The notes below the pieces were generated by a model. It saw only the letters and a program-made list of their open reading frames with translations. It searched no databases and was not told where the DNA came from. A program made the position numbers and the translations under genes. Positions 26,231-36,410 of a stretch of DNA of 64,000 nucleotides are shown here, piece after piece. Position 1 is the stretch's first letter, and each line of letters begins with the position of its first letter. Origin of the DNA: an uncultured bacterium. Its GTDB lineage: Bacteria; Oederibacteriota; Oederibacteriia; Oederibacteriales; Oederibacteriaceae. The stretch spans positions 2,720,001 through 2,784,000 of the forward strand of contig OZ218778.1 in NCBI GenBank assembly GCA_965112635.1, read 5' to 3'.

Positions 26231-28360
26231 TTAACCTACGAAGGCCTCATGACTGTCATAAACAAGTTTAACCTTGTCCGGCACCCGGCCTTCTTCCTCA
26301 AAAATGACCAGCTCGTTCTTGCCTTTAAGCCATGGCTCCGGCAAATAATAATCCCGCTGGGGCTTGGGCTGCCAGTAACGGCCCACATTCCTGCCATTGA
26401 GATATATCTGGCCTTTGGACATTCCATCCATCCTGAGCCTGACCGGATAGGCCGGCCAACCCAGGTCAAAGGTCGTGCGCCATATTTTCAATGGGCCAAG
26501 CTTCTTCCTCTGGCCATGCTCCAGAGTCTCAAAGGGTGCAAAAAGGATTTCGCCTTTGAGCTCTGCCCCGCCTTCAACGAACTTGCAATCCTTGAGGAAA
26601 GCCGTGTCCTGGCCCTCTTGAAAGAGTTCTACTTCATTGACACCCGGCTTGACGAACTTAGTGACCTCCACTTCTAGGATGCCGGTGGCGATATGGCTAG
26701 GGCGTGCATAATAAACCTGCTTTCCGTTTATGAAAAGGCTCCTGTAAACCATATCCTTGGTAATGAATTCGGTAAAGTATCGCTTGCCCGCCTTGGCCTC
26801 AAAAGTAGTTTCGGCCAGGATAAACTCCCTGTCGTTCATGGGTTTAGCCGGCCACATTTTCTTTAACTCTCCCCCATGGCTGTAAATTTCCGCATCCCAC
26901 TGTTTATTGGGATAGAATTTGAACTTCTTTACTTTACTGACCACCCAGACAGGGTTGATCTTGACGCTGTCCGTGAACACAGGCCCGAAAATCCCTTTCA
27001 GCTCGCCTACCCGGAGGCTAAAGTTGAACCTGCCCATGTTGTCCACCAGGAACAACAGTTCGTTCTTACCCTTATTAAGCAATACCCTCACCGGCTCCTT
27101 GGATGCTGCCCTTCCAAAGGTGCCGTAATAACTTCCATTGGCAAAAACTTTGATCCTGTCTCCATATTGGGGAAAGTAAAGGGCTAAACTTTTGGCCTCA
27201 GCGGAATGCGCCAGGACTTTATAAAATCCGTAGCCCAGGTATCTTCCCAGTTTTTCAAAGGACTCGAACTTCTTTATTTTTTTCCACCCCTGGACCACCG
27301 GGTCAAAGTGAACCCATCTGGACAAAGTGGGGAGCTTGAGAAGTTTTTGGGGAGCCCGGGTCGGTTTGATACCCGGAGCCTTTTGTCCGTTCATGGCGTA
27401 GTTGACCTTGCTGAAATCGATGAACTTCTGAGTGATATTCCCGGCCTCTCCCAAAGGCGCGTGGAAATCGTATGTTGTGGGCATGAAAATGTGGTCGTCA
27501 GAACCAATGGTCCTTCCGCCCCAAAACCCGAAATTCGTGCCTCCGCAAAACATGTACTGGATATACATTCCGCCAATATCATTGATATCTTTAAGGTATT
27601 TGGCCATGACCTTTGGGTCTTTGGTGTTGTGGGAGTTGCCCCAGGAATCGAACCAGCCACACCAGAATTCCGTGATAATAAAGGGGTTTTTGGGGTAGGC
27701 TTTCCTATAGGCCTTGGAGATTTTCTTGAAATTCTCCCCGTTGTTGTGGGTCTGCAGTACACCCTTGATAGGTTGGGCCATGTGGTCGCAGGAACACAGA
27801 GGCACGTGGATGCCCCGTGCCCTCAGGCCATCACGCAGGTATTCCATGTACCTTTTACCTCCAAACCGCTTAGGGCAAAGATACTCGTTCTCTACCTGGA
27901 CCATGATAATGTTCCCTGCGTTGCCGAACTGGTGCTTGGCCACGATGGGGACGCAGCGGTCAAAATACTTGTCCACGGCCTCTAGGTAGGGACGGTTAAA
28001 AGTGCGTAGCCTTATACCCGGTTTAATGTTGAGCCAGGCAGGCAGTCCGCCGTTGTCCCACTCCGAACAGATATAGGGTCCGGGCCGCACAATGATATAC
28101 ATCCCGGCCTCTTCGCAGATCTTAAAATAGGCGTCCAGGTCCAGGTTACCCGAAAAATCAAATTCCCCCTCTCGGAACTCATGGGCGTTCCAGGCTAGAT
28201 AAGTTTCAATGGCATTGAGACCGGAAAGCTTTGCTTTATAGATCCTGTCCCGCCACAGTTCACGCGGCACCCTGAAATAATGGATGGCTCCGGCGGCGAT
28301 CCTTAACTTGCGCCCGCCTATGATGAAGTGGTCCTTATTGTAGGTTACCGGACTGTTCAT
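26231..28360 (-). CDS. GH35 beta-galactosidase
   Basis: IHYFRVP, RPGPYICSEWDNGGLP, QVENEY, EFWCGWF, YMFCGGTNFG, TTYDFHAP, KG...NG..GRYW. Confidence 0.95.
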   Translation of the reverse strand: MNSPVTYNKDHFIIGGRKLRIAAGAIHYFRVPRELWRDRIYKAKLSGLNAIETYLAWNAHEFREGEFDFSGNLDLDAYFKICEEAGMYIIVRPGPYICSEWDNGGLPAWLNIKPGIRLRTFNRPYLEAVDKYFDRCVPIVAKHQFGNAGNIIMVQVENEYLCPKRFGGKRYMEYLRDGLRARGIHVPLCSCDHMAQPIKGVLQTHNNGENFKKISKAYRKAYPKNPFIITEFWCGWFDSWGNSHNTKDPKVMAKYLKDINDIGGMYIQYMFCGGTNFGFWGGRTIGSDDHIFMPTTYDFHAPLGEAGNITQKFIDFSKVNYAMNGQKAPGIKPTRAPQKLLKLPTLSRWVHFDPVVQGWKKIKKFESFEKLGRYLGYGFYKVLAHSAEAKSLALYFPQYGDRIKVFANGSYYGTFGRAASKEPVRVLLNKGKNELLFLVDNMGRFNFSLRVGELKGIFGPVFTDSVKINPVWVVSKVKKFKFYPNKQWDAEIYSHGGELKKMWPAKPMNDREFILAETTFEAKAGKRYFTEFITKDMVYRSLFINGKQVYYARPSHIATGILEVEVTKFVKPGVNEVELFQEGQDTAFLKDCKFVEGGAELKGEILFAPFETLEHGQRKKLGPLKIWRTTFDLGWPAYPVRLRMDGMSKGQIYLNGRNVGRYWQPKPQRDYYLPEPWLKGKNELVIFEEEGRVPDKVKLVYDSHEAFVG

Positions 28361-29021
28361 GCTCCCTCCTTGTATTTTTAACCAAGCTGAAGAAATTTTT
28401 CAGGATCTTTGTTCCGTCCCCATGGTTCCTGTCGGTCTCCTCCGGATGGAACTGCACTCCCCAAATAGGTTTGCGGACATGGCGGAATGCTTGGAACCGG
28501 CAAGTGGTTGTGCTGGCCAGCAGTTTTATCTCCGGCCCCGGTGTTTTGATCTCACGGTAGTGATGCTCGTAAACCCAGATGACCTTGGGCAAGCCCTTAA
28601 ACAGGGGGTCGGCTTTTTTGATCCGTACCGGGTAAAACCCTATTTCATTGAAATATCCCGGCTTGCCCTGCGATTCCGGTTCGTTGGGCTTAAGCCTGCG
28701 CATGGGCGCCACCTTGGCCCCAAAAAACACGGCCAATAATTGCAATCCTCCGCAGATGCCCAACTGAGGCACAGTACAGTTCCTGACAGTTTCCCGGTAA
28801 GCTTTGTTCTTCATCACATCGTATTCTTCATAGTCCGTGCTGGTGCCACTGTGACAAATGGCCCAGGGCCTTATACGGGAAATGACCGCCGGGCTGATCT
28901 GCCTGTAATGCAGGACCAGGCAGGCGTCTTTGGCCGCTGCTTCAAAAATTTTGCGGTGCCGGGACCACTGCCTTCTCTTCCTGTATTCTTTATAGGTTTC
29001 CGTAACAACATAAAGGATCAT
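28335..29021 (-). CDS. Class I glutamine amidotransferase (GMP-synthase-like)
   Basis: LGICGGLQ nucleophile elbow and GVQFHPE. Confidence 0.9.
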   Translation of the reverse strand: MILYVVTETYKEYRKRRQWSRHRKIFEAAAKDACLVLHYRQISPAVISRIRPWAICHSGTSTDYEEYDVMKNKAYRETVRNCTVPQLGICGGLQLLAVFFGAKVAPMRRLKPNEPESQGKPGYFNEIGFYPVRIKKADPLFKGLPKVIWVYEHHYREIKTPGPEIKLLASTTTCRFQAFRHVRKPIWGVQFHPEETDRNHGDGTKILKNFFSLVKNTRREHEQSGNLQ

Positions 29022-29036
29022 ACTCAACTCCCCTTG

Positions 29037-31673
29037 CTACTTGAGGCCGTCCTGCCATTCTTTGATTTTCTTCAAAGCTTCCATGGGAGTCACTGCATTC
29101 AGGTCTATCTCTTTGACCTCTTCTTCCACCCAGGAAGGTTCGCTAGGTTTGGATTCAAACAGGCTGATTTGCGGCGAAGGCGCTCCTTTGACCCAAGCCG
29201 GCTTGCCGCCCTCTTTATAATGCGCCTTTTCAAGGGCTGCCAAGACCTGCTTGGCCCGTCCCAGCACATCTTGAGGCAAACCCGCTAAACGGCCCACCTG
29301 GATGCCGTAACTCCGGTCGCAGCTGCCCTCCACTATCTTGCGGAGAAAAATGAGATGTTCGCGCCATTCTTTCACGGCCACGTTCATATTTTTGACACGG
29401 GGAAGGGTCAAGGGTAGTTCCGTAAGCTCGTAGTAATGCGTGGCAAAAAGGGTCCTGGCTTTTATTTTGTCGTGCAAAAACTCAGCCACGGCCCAGGCAA
29501 TGGAAACCCCGTCAAAAGTGGAAGTCCCCCGGCCTATTTCGTCCAGGATAACCAAAGATTTTTCCGTGGCTGAATGCAGGATGTTGGCGGTCTCTATCAT
29601 TTCCACCATAAAAGTGCTTTGCCCCCGCAGGAGCTGGTCTGAAGCACCCACCCGGGTGAACACCCTGTCCACCACCGGTAAAACGGCTGATTTAGCCGGC
29701 ACAAAACTCCCTATCTGGGCCATCAAGCTAATGAGGGCTGTCTGGCGCAGATAGGTGGACTTACCAGCCATATTGGGCCCGGTGATGAGCAGGATCTGGG
29801 TCTGTTCGTTGAACTCCGTGTCATTGGGGATGAACCCTTCGGACACTACGCGTTCCAGCACAGGATGCCTGCCCTGTTCGATGAAATACCTGCCGTTCTC
29901 GGTCATTTCCGGCTGGATATAGCTGTGGTCCAGGCCGACCCGGGCCAGACAGGCCAGGCTGTCCACCTCGGCCAAAGCCCGGGAAACCTGCTGCAGCTCC
30001 GGGATGGACTTGGCAACCGTGTCCCGAACCTGGACAAAGAGGTCGAACTCCAGGGAAAATATCTTTTCCTCGGCGCCCAGGACCAGCTCCTCGTGTTTTT
30101 TGAGCTCCGGCGTGATGAACCGCTCGGCGTTGACCAGGGTCTGTTTGCGGTCGTAATCATCAGGCACTTTGTCCAGGTTAGACTTGGAGATCTCGATGTA
30201 GTAGCCAAAAACCTGGTTGAACTGCACCTTGAGGGAACCGATGCCGGTGCGCTCCCGCTCCTTTTGCTGGAGCTGGGCGATCCACTCCTTGCCTCCCTTG
30301 CTGATATGGAGCAGGTCATCCAGCTCCTTGGAATATCCCGGCTTGATAAGCCTGCCTTCTTTGAGGGACAGGTTGGCGTCTTCTCGGATACTTTTCTCCA
30401 AAAGGGCCCCTAGCTCGTCCAAAGGCAACATCTCTTTATGAAGGGTTTTCAACCGCTTGGCACTGAACCCGGCCAGAACTTTTTTGACCGCTGGAACCTG
30501 CAATAAGGTCTGCTTGAGGGAAAGAAGGTCCCGGGCATGGGCGATCTGGCTGCCCACCCTGCCGCAAAGCCTTTCCAGGTCATGGACCTGCTGGAGGATC
30601 TCCGTAAGTCCGGTGAGCTCGGCCTGCTTTTGGCTGAATTCAGCCACAGCCCCGTGCCTTTCCCGGATGCCTGCCAGGCTAGTCAACGGGTGCAAGACCC
30701 AGTAGCGCAGCAGCCTGGCGCCCATGGCAGTCTGGGTCTGGTCTAAAACGGACAAAAGAGTCCCATCCACCCCGCCGGTATGCCGGCTCTGCACCAGCTC
30801 CAGATTTTCTTGGGTGGAACGGTCCAGGACCATGTAATTTTCCCTGGAATAAACCTTGATCTCCCGGATATGCTTGAGGGCCACTTTGTGGGTCTGGGAA
30901 AGGTAGTACAGGATGGCTCCTGCCGCTGGGATTCCAGCGTGGGATTTGGGCAGCCCAAAACCGTCCAAAGTCGGCACCTCAAAATAACGGGTCAGCCGCA
31001 TAAAAGCTTCCTCTGGTTCAAAAGCCCAGTCTTCCAGGGATTGGATGGAAGCATCCGGTATTTCCCTTCTCAGGAACTGGCAGAGCTCATCCTCGTCGTT
31101 CAGGGATTTTTCAGGGATCAGGCATTCGCGGGGAGAGAGTAGCCCCAGCTCGTCGCTCAGCTTTTGGAAACTCCCCTCCCCTTCGAACTGGACCACACTG
31201 AAAGCGCCCGTGGAAACATCAGCCAAAGCCAGGCCTATCCTGCCGCTGTTTTCAACCAGGGCAATGAGGTAATTGTTGGTCTTCTCCGATAGGAGGTTGT
31301 TCTCCAAAGCCGTGCCGGCCGTGACCACCCGGATGACGTCCCTTTTGACCAATCCCTTGGCCAGCTTGGGGTCCTCCACCTGGTCGCACAGGACCACGCG
31401 CTCGCCCCGGTTGACCAGCTTGGAAATGTAACTGTCCACGGCGTGAGCCGGCACCCCGCACATGGGCACTTTGATCTGCCGGCCCTCCCCGGAACTGCGG
31501 CTGGTCAGGGCGATCTCTAAAATTTTGGAGGCCTTTTTGGCATCCTCCCCGAACATCTCAAAAAAATCCCCCAGCCGGAAAAAAAGGATGCAGCCCGGGT
31601 ACTGTTTTTTGACATCATAGTATTGTTTCATCATGGGAGAACTGACGGCGGGTTCTTTGGTTTCTTCTTTCAT
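29037..31673 (-). CDS. mutS: DNA mismatch repair protein MutS
   Basis: SPMMKQY, FRLGDFFE, TGPNMAGKST, STFMVEM, DEIGRGTS, SYGI. Confidence 0.98.
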   Translation of the reverse strand: MKEETKEPAVSSPMMKQYYDVKKQYPGCILFFRLGDFFEMFGEDAKKASKILEIALTSRSSGEGRQIKVPMCGVPAHAVDSYISKLVNRGERVVLCDQVEDPKLAKGLVKRDVIRVVTAGTALENNLLSEKTNNYLIALVENSGRIGLALADVSTGAFSVVQFEGEGSFQKLSDELGLLSPRECLIPEKSLNDEDELCQFLRREIPDASIQSLEDWAFEPEEAFMRLTRYFEVPTLDGFGLPKSHAGIPAAGAILYYLSQTHKVALKHIREIKVYSRENYMVLDRSTQENLELVQSRHTGGVDGTLLSVLDQTQTAMGARLLRYWVLHPLTSLAGIRERHGAVAEFSQKQAELTGLTEILQQVHDLERLCGRVGSQIAHARDLLSLKQTLLQVPAVKKVLAGFSAKRLKTLHKEMLPLDELGALLEKSIREDANLSLKEGRLIKPGYSKELDDLLHISKGGKEWIAQLQQKERERTGIGSLKVQFNQVFGYYIEISKSNLDKVPDDYDRKQTLVNAERFITPELKKHEELVLGAEEKIFSLEFDLFVQVRDTVAKSIPELQQVSRALAEVDSLACLARVGLDHSYIQPEMTENGRYFIEQGRHPVLERVVSEGFIPNDTEFNEQTQILLITGPNMAGKSTYLRQTALISLMAQIGSFVPAKSAVLPVVDRVFTRVGASDQLLRGQSTFMVEMIETANILHSATEKSLVILDEIGRGTSTFDGVSIAWAVAEFLHDKIKARTLFATHYYELTELPLTLPRVKNMNVAVKEWREHLIFLRKIVEGSCDRSYGIQVGRLAGLPQDVLGRAKQVLAALEKAHYKEGGKPAWVKGAPSPQISLFESKPSEPSWVEEEVKEIDLNAVTPMEALKKIKEWQDGLK

Positions 31674-31708
31674 TTACACCTCAATAAATAAACAAAGACT
31701 CTTCAAAT

Positions 31709-32287
31709 TTAAAAAACATAATCCACTCCTATTATTTTTTTTACCAAACTCCCTGTAGGTTGGCCAACCAAAAAACCTATATTAAGCCCAACATCTAAGA
31801 ATAACTTATTGTCAAAAAGAGATGCTGAAAGCCCAAAAACTAATGGAAATGCTAGAAGAAAAGAAGTTGTGTAATCATTATTAATTAGAATGCCAATGCC
31901 GGTTTCCCAATATGGACTTATTATCCATTTTGGGGACACTCGGAAATCAAAGGTTGTAGACAACCGCGCAGGGCTCACATAGGAACTTTTCAAAATAGGT
32001 GGGTTGTCAAAAACATATGAGGGAATTGAGACCTGTCGATAATAATCAAAAGAAATTGAGGGCCTCAGAAAAAGAGTTTCAGCATCGCTGGTACCATAAA
32101 GCCAAAACAACTTAACACCATAATATTGCTCATCCTCCTCTGTATCCTCAAGGTTTCCAATCCCAGAATTACTCCCTTCCACCCCAATACCAAATTTAGG
32201 ACCTTTCCCTTTTGAAAATACAAAGACTGGCATAATGAATATTACAATTAACAAAAAAACCAATCTTTTATTCATTTTAGCTCTCAT
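31709..32287 (-). CDS. Hypothetical exported/outer-membrane beta-strand protein
   Basis: Signal peptide; aromatic beta-strands, ends GVDYVF; AT-richer than neighbours. Confidence 0.65.
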   Translation of the reverse strand: MRAKMNKRLVFLLIVIFIMPVFVFSKGKGPKFGIGVEGSNSGIGNLEDTEEDEQYYGVKLFWLYGTSDAETLFLRPSISFDYYRQVSIPSYVFDNPPILKSSYVSPARLSTTFDFRVSPKWIISPYWETGIGILINNDYTTSFLLAFPLVFGLSASLFDNKLFLDVGLNIGFLVGQPTGSLVKKIIGVDYVF

Positions 32288-33998
32288 AGCCTTCGTAGTG
32301 GTTGGTCAAGGGCATCCGGCGGTCCCGTCCAAAGGCTTTGGGAGTGATCTTGACCCCTGGCGGCGCCTGCCTGCGCTTATATTCGCTTTTATCCACCATC
32401 CCGATCACCTGCCTGACCACCGCCCGGCTGAAACCCGACCCGGCGATCCTCTCCAAAGACTCGTCCTTTTCTACGTATTTTTTCAGGATGGGGTCCAGGA
32501 CAGGATAGGGCGGCAGGGAATCCGAATCTTTTTGGTTTTTCCGCAACTCCGCCGTGGGCGTCCGGCTGATAATATGCTCCGGGATGAGATAAAACCCGGC
32601 GGCCAGGTTCCGGGTGCGGCAAAGACTGTAAACTTTTTCCTTTAACACATCTTTTAATACGGCAAACCCCCCGGCCATATCACCGTAAAGCGTGGCGTAA
32701 CCCATGCTCATCTCGCTCTTGTTGCCCGTGGTCAGGACCAGCCACCCGAATTTGTTGGAAAGGGCCATGAGCAAAGAACCCCGGATGCGCGCCTGCAGGT
32801 TCTCCTCCGCGATATCCCACCCGGCCCCTTTGAAAGCGGGCTTGAGAACCTTCAAGTATTCCCTGAACATAGGTTCGATATTGAGGGACATCAAGGGGAT
32901 CCCCAGGTTGTCCGCCAGTTCCTGGGCGTCCCGCAGGCTGACCGGACTGGAAAAACGGGACGGCATGAAGACGAGGTGGACGTTCCGCGTTCCGATAGCG
33001 TCACCGGCGACCACGCTGGTCAGGGCCGAGTCCACCCCGCCGCTCAGCCCCACCACCACGTCCGTAAAACCGTTTTTCCGGATGTAATCCCGCGTGCCCA
33101 GGACCAGGGCCCGGTAGATCTCTTCCGTCGCGGAGAGAACAGGGGCCAGGGCTGGCTGCAAAGCTCCAGTTTCATTCCCGCCGGTCCTGACAGCTTTGGC
33201 CGTTACCCTATCCACCCCGGGAAGACCCTTCGGCCGTTTTTCCCGGGCCGGCAGCTCGATATCGAACACGGCCATTTCTTCCTCGAACGCCCTGCAGCGG
33301 GCCAAAACCTCGCCCCGGTCGTTATACACCAAGCTGTGGCCGTCAAAGACCAGCTCGTCCTGCCCGCCTACAAGATTGAGGTAAGCGATAAAGACCTTAT
33401 GGTCCAAAGAGCGCCTTTTGAGGATCGCCGCCCTCTCCCGCCATTTCTGGAGATGATAGGGCGAGGAACTGATGTTGAGGATCAGCTGGGCTCCGGCAGC
33501 CACCTGCCGGCCCGTCGGGCCCTCGTCGGACCAGATGTCCTCGCAGATGTTCACGCCCACCCGAACCTTTTTGAGGTCCAGGACCAGGGGCCGCTGTCCC
33601 GGCGTGAAATACCTTTTTTCGTCAAAAACCCCGTAATTGGGAAGTAAAATCTTGTGGTAAACACCAAGCAGCCGTCCGGCCTGGATGATCCCCGCGGCGT
33701 TGAAAATTTTGCCGTCCTTTTGGTCCACGAACCCGACCACGCAGACCAGCCTTGGTGTTTTTGAGGAGAAATGGACCACGCGGTGCAGGGCCTTGAGGTT
33801 GTCCCGGATAAAGGTGGGTTTCAAGAGCAGGTCTTCGGGGGGATAGCCGGTCAGGACCAGCTCGGGAAAACAGACAATATCCGCTCTTTGGCTGTCCGCC
33901 TGCTGGATATAGTTGCAGACTTTTTCTACATTGCCGTCCAGGTCGCCGACCGTCGCATTGATCTGGCCTAGCCCTAGACGCAGGGTGTTTTTATCCAA
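32277..33998 (-). CDS. nadE: Glutamine-dependent NAD+ synthetase
   Basis: Nitrilase domain (FPEL..TGYPPEDL, ICEDIW) plus GLSGGVDS, ENLQARIR, TGNKSE, GYATLYGD. Confidence 0.97.
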   Translation of the reverse strand: MDKNTLRLGLGQINATVGDLDGNVEKVCNYIQQADSQRADIVCFPELVLTGYPPEDLLLKPTFIRDNLKALHRVVHFSSKTPRLVCVVGFVDQKDGKIFNAAGIIQAGRLLGVYHKILLPNYGVFDEKRYFTPGQRPLVLDLKKVRVGVNICEDIWSDEGPTGRQVAAGAQLILNISSSPYHLQKWRERAAILKRRSLDHKVFIAYLNLVGGQDELVFDGHSLVYNDRGEVLARCRAFEEEMAVFDIELPAREKRPKGLPGVDRVTAKAVRTGGNETGALQPALAPVLSATEEIYRALVLGTRDYIRKNGFTDVVVGLSGGVDSALTSVVAGDAIGTRNVHLVFMPSRFSSPVSLRDAQELADNLGIPLMSLNIEPMFREYLKVLKPAFKGAGWDIAEENLQARIRGSLLMALSNKFGWLVLTTGNKSEMSMGYATLYGDMAGGFAVLKDVLKEKVYSLCRTRNLAAGFYLIPEHIISRTPTAELRKNQKDSDSLPPYPVLDPILKKYVEKDESLERIAGSGFSRAVVRQVIGMVDKSEYKRRQAPPGVKITPKAFGRDRRMPLTNHYEGYES

Positions 33999-34009
33999 GG
34001 GAAAACCTT

Positions 34010-34876
34010 TCAGGATGTCTTGGTCTTGACCGAGGCTTTGGAACGGGTCTCCTGCAGCTTGATGGTGGCAGTCCGGTGCTCCAGGCAGGCGAGCGAGATA
34101 TCGATGACCTCCTGGGCCTCAAGAGGGGTCATGGTGCCGATAGCGACCAGGTCCTGGTCCCGGATGGTGTTCCACACAAAGGTCAAGCCCTGCAGGGGCC
34201 TCAACTGCCCGGCGGCCAATGGCTTGATGGTCAGCACCGGTTTTTTGGCACTGAGGATGACGCGCTGGACCCAGTCCACCTCCACCTGCATCAAAAAACC
34301 CATGGAATTATAGATGGAGATATAGGTTTCCACGTCCGCCTTGTTCTCGTCCGCGTAGATGATGGTCTCGGGCATGTGGGTCGAAAGACCGGGGATCATC
34401 CCGCGCTCGCGGATCATCTTGGTCAGCGTGTCGATATGGCGGATCTTGCGGGTGCACCGGTCCACCAGGTTATCGGTCGTGCACTGGTGCGGCATGCAGA
34501 TCTTGACGTGGGGCATCTTGGCCAGTTCATCCAGCATCCGGCTGGCCTCATCGAGGTCAAGTCCCTTGGCCGGGGTATCGGGCGTGGTTGTGAAGTTGGG
34601 GATGGCGGCTACGTTCATCCTGCGGCCGCTTTTGTCTTCAGCGTCCTTGATAGCGTCGGTCATGAAAGGCCGGGTCGTGTCGCCGATCAAAAGGTCCACT
34701 CCCGCTTTCATAAACACGGTAAGAATGTCCGCGATTCGCTTGCGCTCTGTGAAATATTCCTTAATGAACACGTCTTTAGCATTAGTGGTGTGGCTGAAAC
34801 CAAGAAGCCAGTTGGTCCCTATGACCATTCTGGAAACGGACAAACCGCCTATCGAGGTCCTGGGAAATTCGCTCAT
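34010..34876 (-). CDS. Aldo/keto-reductase-like TIM-barrel protein
   Basis: IGGLSVSRMVIGTN start; GLSTH, IKPLAAG motifs. Confidence 0.7.
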   Translation of the reverse strand: MSEFPRTSIGGLSVSRMVIGTNWLLGFSHTTNAKDVFIKEYFTERKRIADILTVFMKAGVDLLIGDTTRPFMTDAIKDAEDKSGRRMNVAAIPNFTTTPDTPAKGLDLDEASRMLDELAKMPHVKICMPHQCTTDNLVDRCTRKIRHIDTLTKMIRERGMIPGLSTHMPETIIYADENKADVETYISIYNSMGFLMQVEVDWVQRVILSAKKPVLTIKPLAAGQLRPLQGLTFVWNTIRDQDLVAIGTMTPLEAQEVIDISLACLEHRTATIKLQETRSKASVKTKTS

Positions 34877-35137
34877 GGCACGTTATCCTTTCAAAAGAAT
34901 GGATGTAAGAACAAGAGAATTATAACAAAAGGAAATCTGCTTTGCATTTCTCAATTAGACGCTTTGGAGCACCAGAAAAAGGGCAGAAATATTGGAGAGT
35001 GCTGTGGGTTAAGCGGCCTGAAGGATCGTTCCTCCAAGCTCAAGTAATTTTTTAGGGCATACGCTCCAACATACACCTTTTGGGAGTAATCATGACTAAA
35101 AATTGCTCTCTCATCCTGAAATAGCGCAGAGAGATAT

Positions 35138-36394
35138 TCAATTACTTGCTGTTTTGATCTTTTTGAGGGCATCAAGGGCTTGCTTGCGCACATCCAGGTC
35201 ACCGTCTTTGAGCGCTTTGGTCAGGCCGGGCAAAACCTTTTTAGCCTCTGGCCCTATGTTACCCAAAGCTTCGGCCGCAGCCGCCCTTGTCTCGGCATCT
35301 GTATCGCCCAACGCCTTGTCCAGGCTGGAAACAGCCTCTCCGGCCAATGGCCCCAACCCACCGAGACCGTTCGCCGCGCTCTTGCGGACGCCGGAATTTT
35401 CATCAGCCAGGGCCCTCATAAGGCTGGGCAAGGCATTTTTAGCTGACTGTCCCATCCTGGCCAGGGCATCAGCGCTGCCTGAACGAATATGCGGGTCTTT
35501 ATCCAACAGCGCCCTAATGAGGCTGGGTAAACCAACCTTCCCGATAGAACCTAGGGCATCCGCAGCGACCTCGTGGCAATATTCATCCCCCAGGGATCTG
35601 ATCAGTTCAGGCACAGCTTCCTGAGCCGCTGGGCCTATCTCTCCCAGGGCGTTCGCAACACCTTCCCGAATATCGGTGTTTTTATCGCTCAGGGCTTTAA
35701 TGAGTTCAGACACAGCAGCTGGCCCAATGGCGCTTAAGGCCTCAATGGACGCATCCCGGCTGAATTGGTCTGCGATGGCCCTGATAAGACTGGGAACCGC
35801 CCCTTTGGCTTGCAAGCCCATAGAGTACAGCGCATTGGCCGCGTGCCTTCGTAAATCCGGATTTTCATCGGTTAAAACTTTGCAGAGGCCCGGGACAGCC
35901 TCATGGGCCTGGGGCCCCATCTTGGCCAGGATATCCACCGCACCCATCCGCACATGGAGATTTTCATCCCCCAGCTCCTGGACCAGCAGAGGCACGTCCT
36001 TAACGCTGGGCAAGCCGATATTATTCAGGGCATAGGTCACATGAATGGGGACCATATGGTTGCCATCCCCTAGCATCTTGATGAGGAGCGGCACGGCCCT
36101 TCTGGCCAGGGGACCCATCTCACCCAGCGCCTCGGCCGCGGTCTCACGCACGATCCAATTTTCATCTCCCAGCGCCTTGACCAGGCTGGGGATAGCCTCT
36201 TTGGCATCGGGACCCATCTTTCCCAGAGCTTCAGCGGCAGTTACGCGGACATCTGAACTGTTGCTGGAAAGCTTCTTGATGAGGCTGGAGACATCGCCTC
36301 CGGCTAAGAGCCTGCTATGCGGAAATAGCAGAACAACCATAAATACAACCAGATAAAAAATAATGTTTTTAGGCTTGGTGTATTTCAAAAACAT
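35138..36394 (-). CDS. Exported HEAT/PBS-lyase repeat protein
   Basis: Signal peptide then about 11 repeats of VR..AA.ALG.MGP.A..AVP.L...L.D. Confidence 0.92.
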   Translation of the reverse strand: MFLKYTKPKNIIFYLVVFMVVLLFPHSRLLAGGDVSSLIKKLSSNSSDVRVTAAEALGKMGPDAKEAIPSLVKALGDENWIVRETAAEALGEMGPLARRAVPLLIKMLGDGNHMVPIHVTYALNNIGLPSVKDVPLLVQELGDENLHVRMGAVDILAKMGPQAHEAVPGLCKVLTDENPDLRRHAANALYSMGLQAKGAVPSLIRAIADQFSRDASIEALSAIGPAAVSELIKALSDKNTDIREGVANALGEIGPAAQEAVPELIRSLGDEYCHEVAADALGSIGKVGLPSLIRALLDKDPHIRSGSADALARMGQSAKNALPSLMRALADENSGVRKSAANGLGGLGPLAGEAVSSLDKALGDTDAETRAAAAEALGNIGPEAKKVLPGLTKALKDGDLDVRKQALDALKKIKTASN

Positions 36395-36410
36395 TCTGTT
36401 TTCCTTATAT

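Noticed and set aside
34951-35202. 83-aa ORF after the HEAT gene
   Set aside because: Overlaps the HEAT gene; no RBS or recognisable motif
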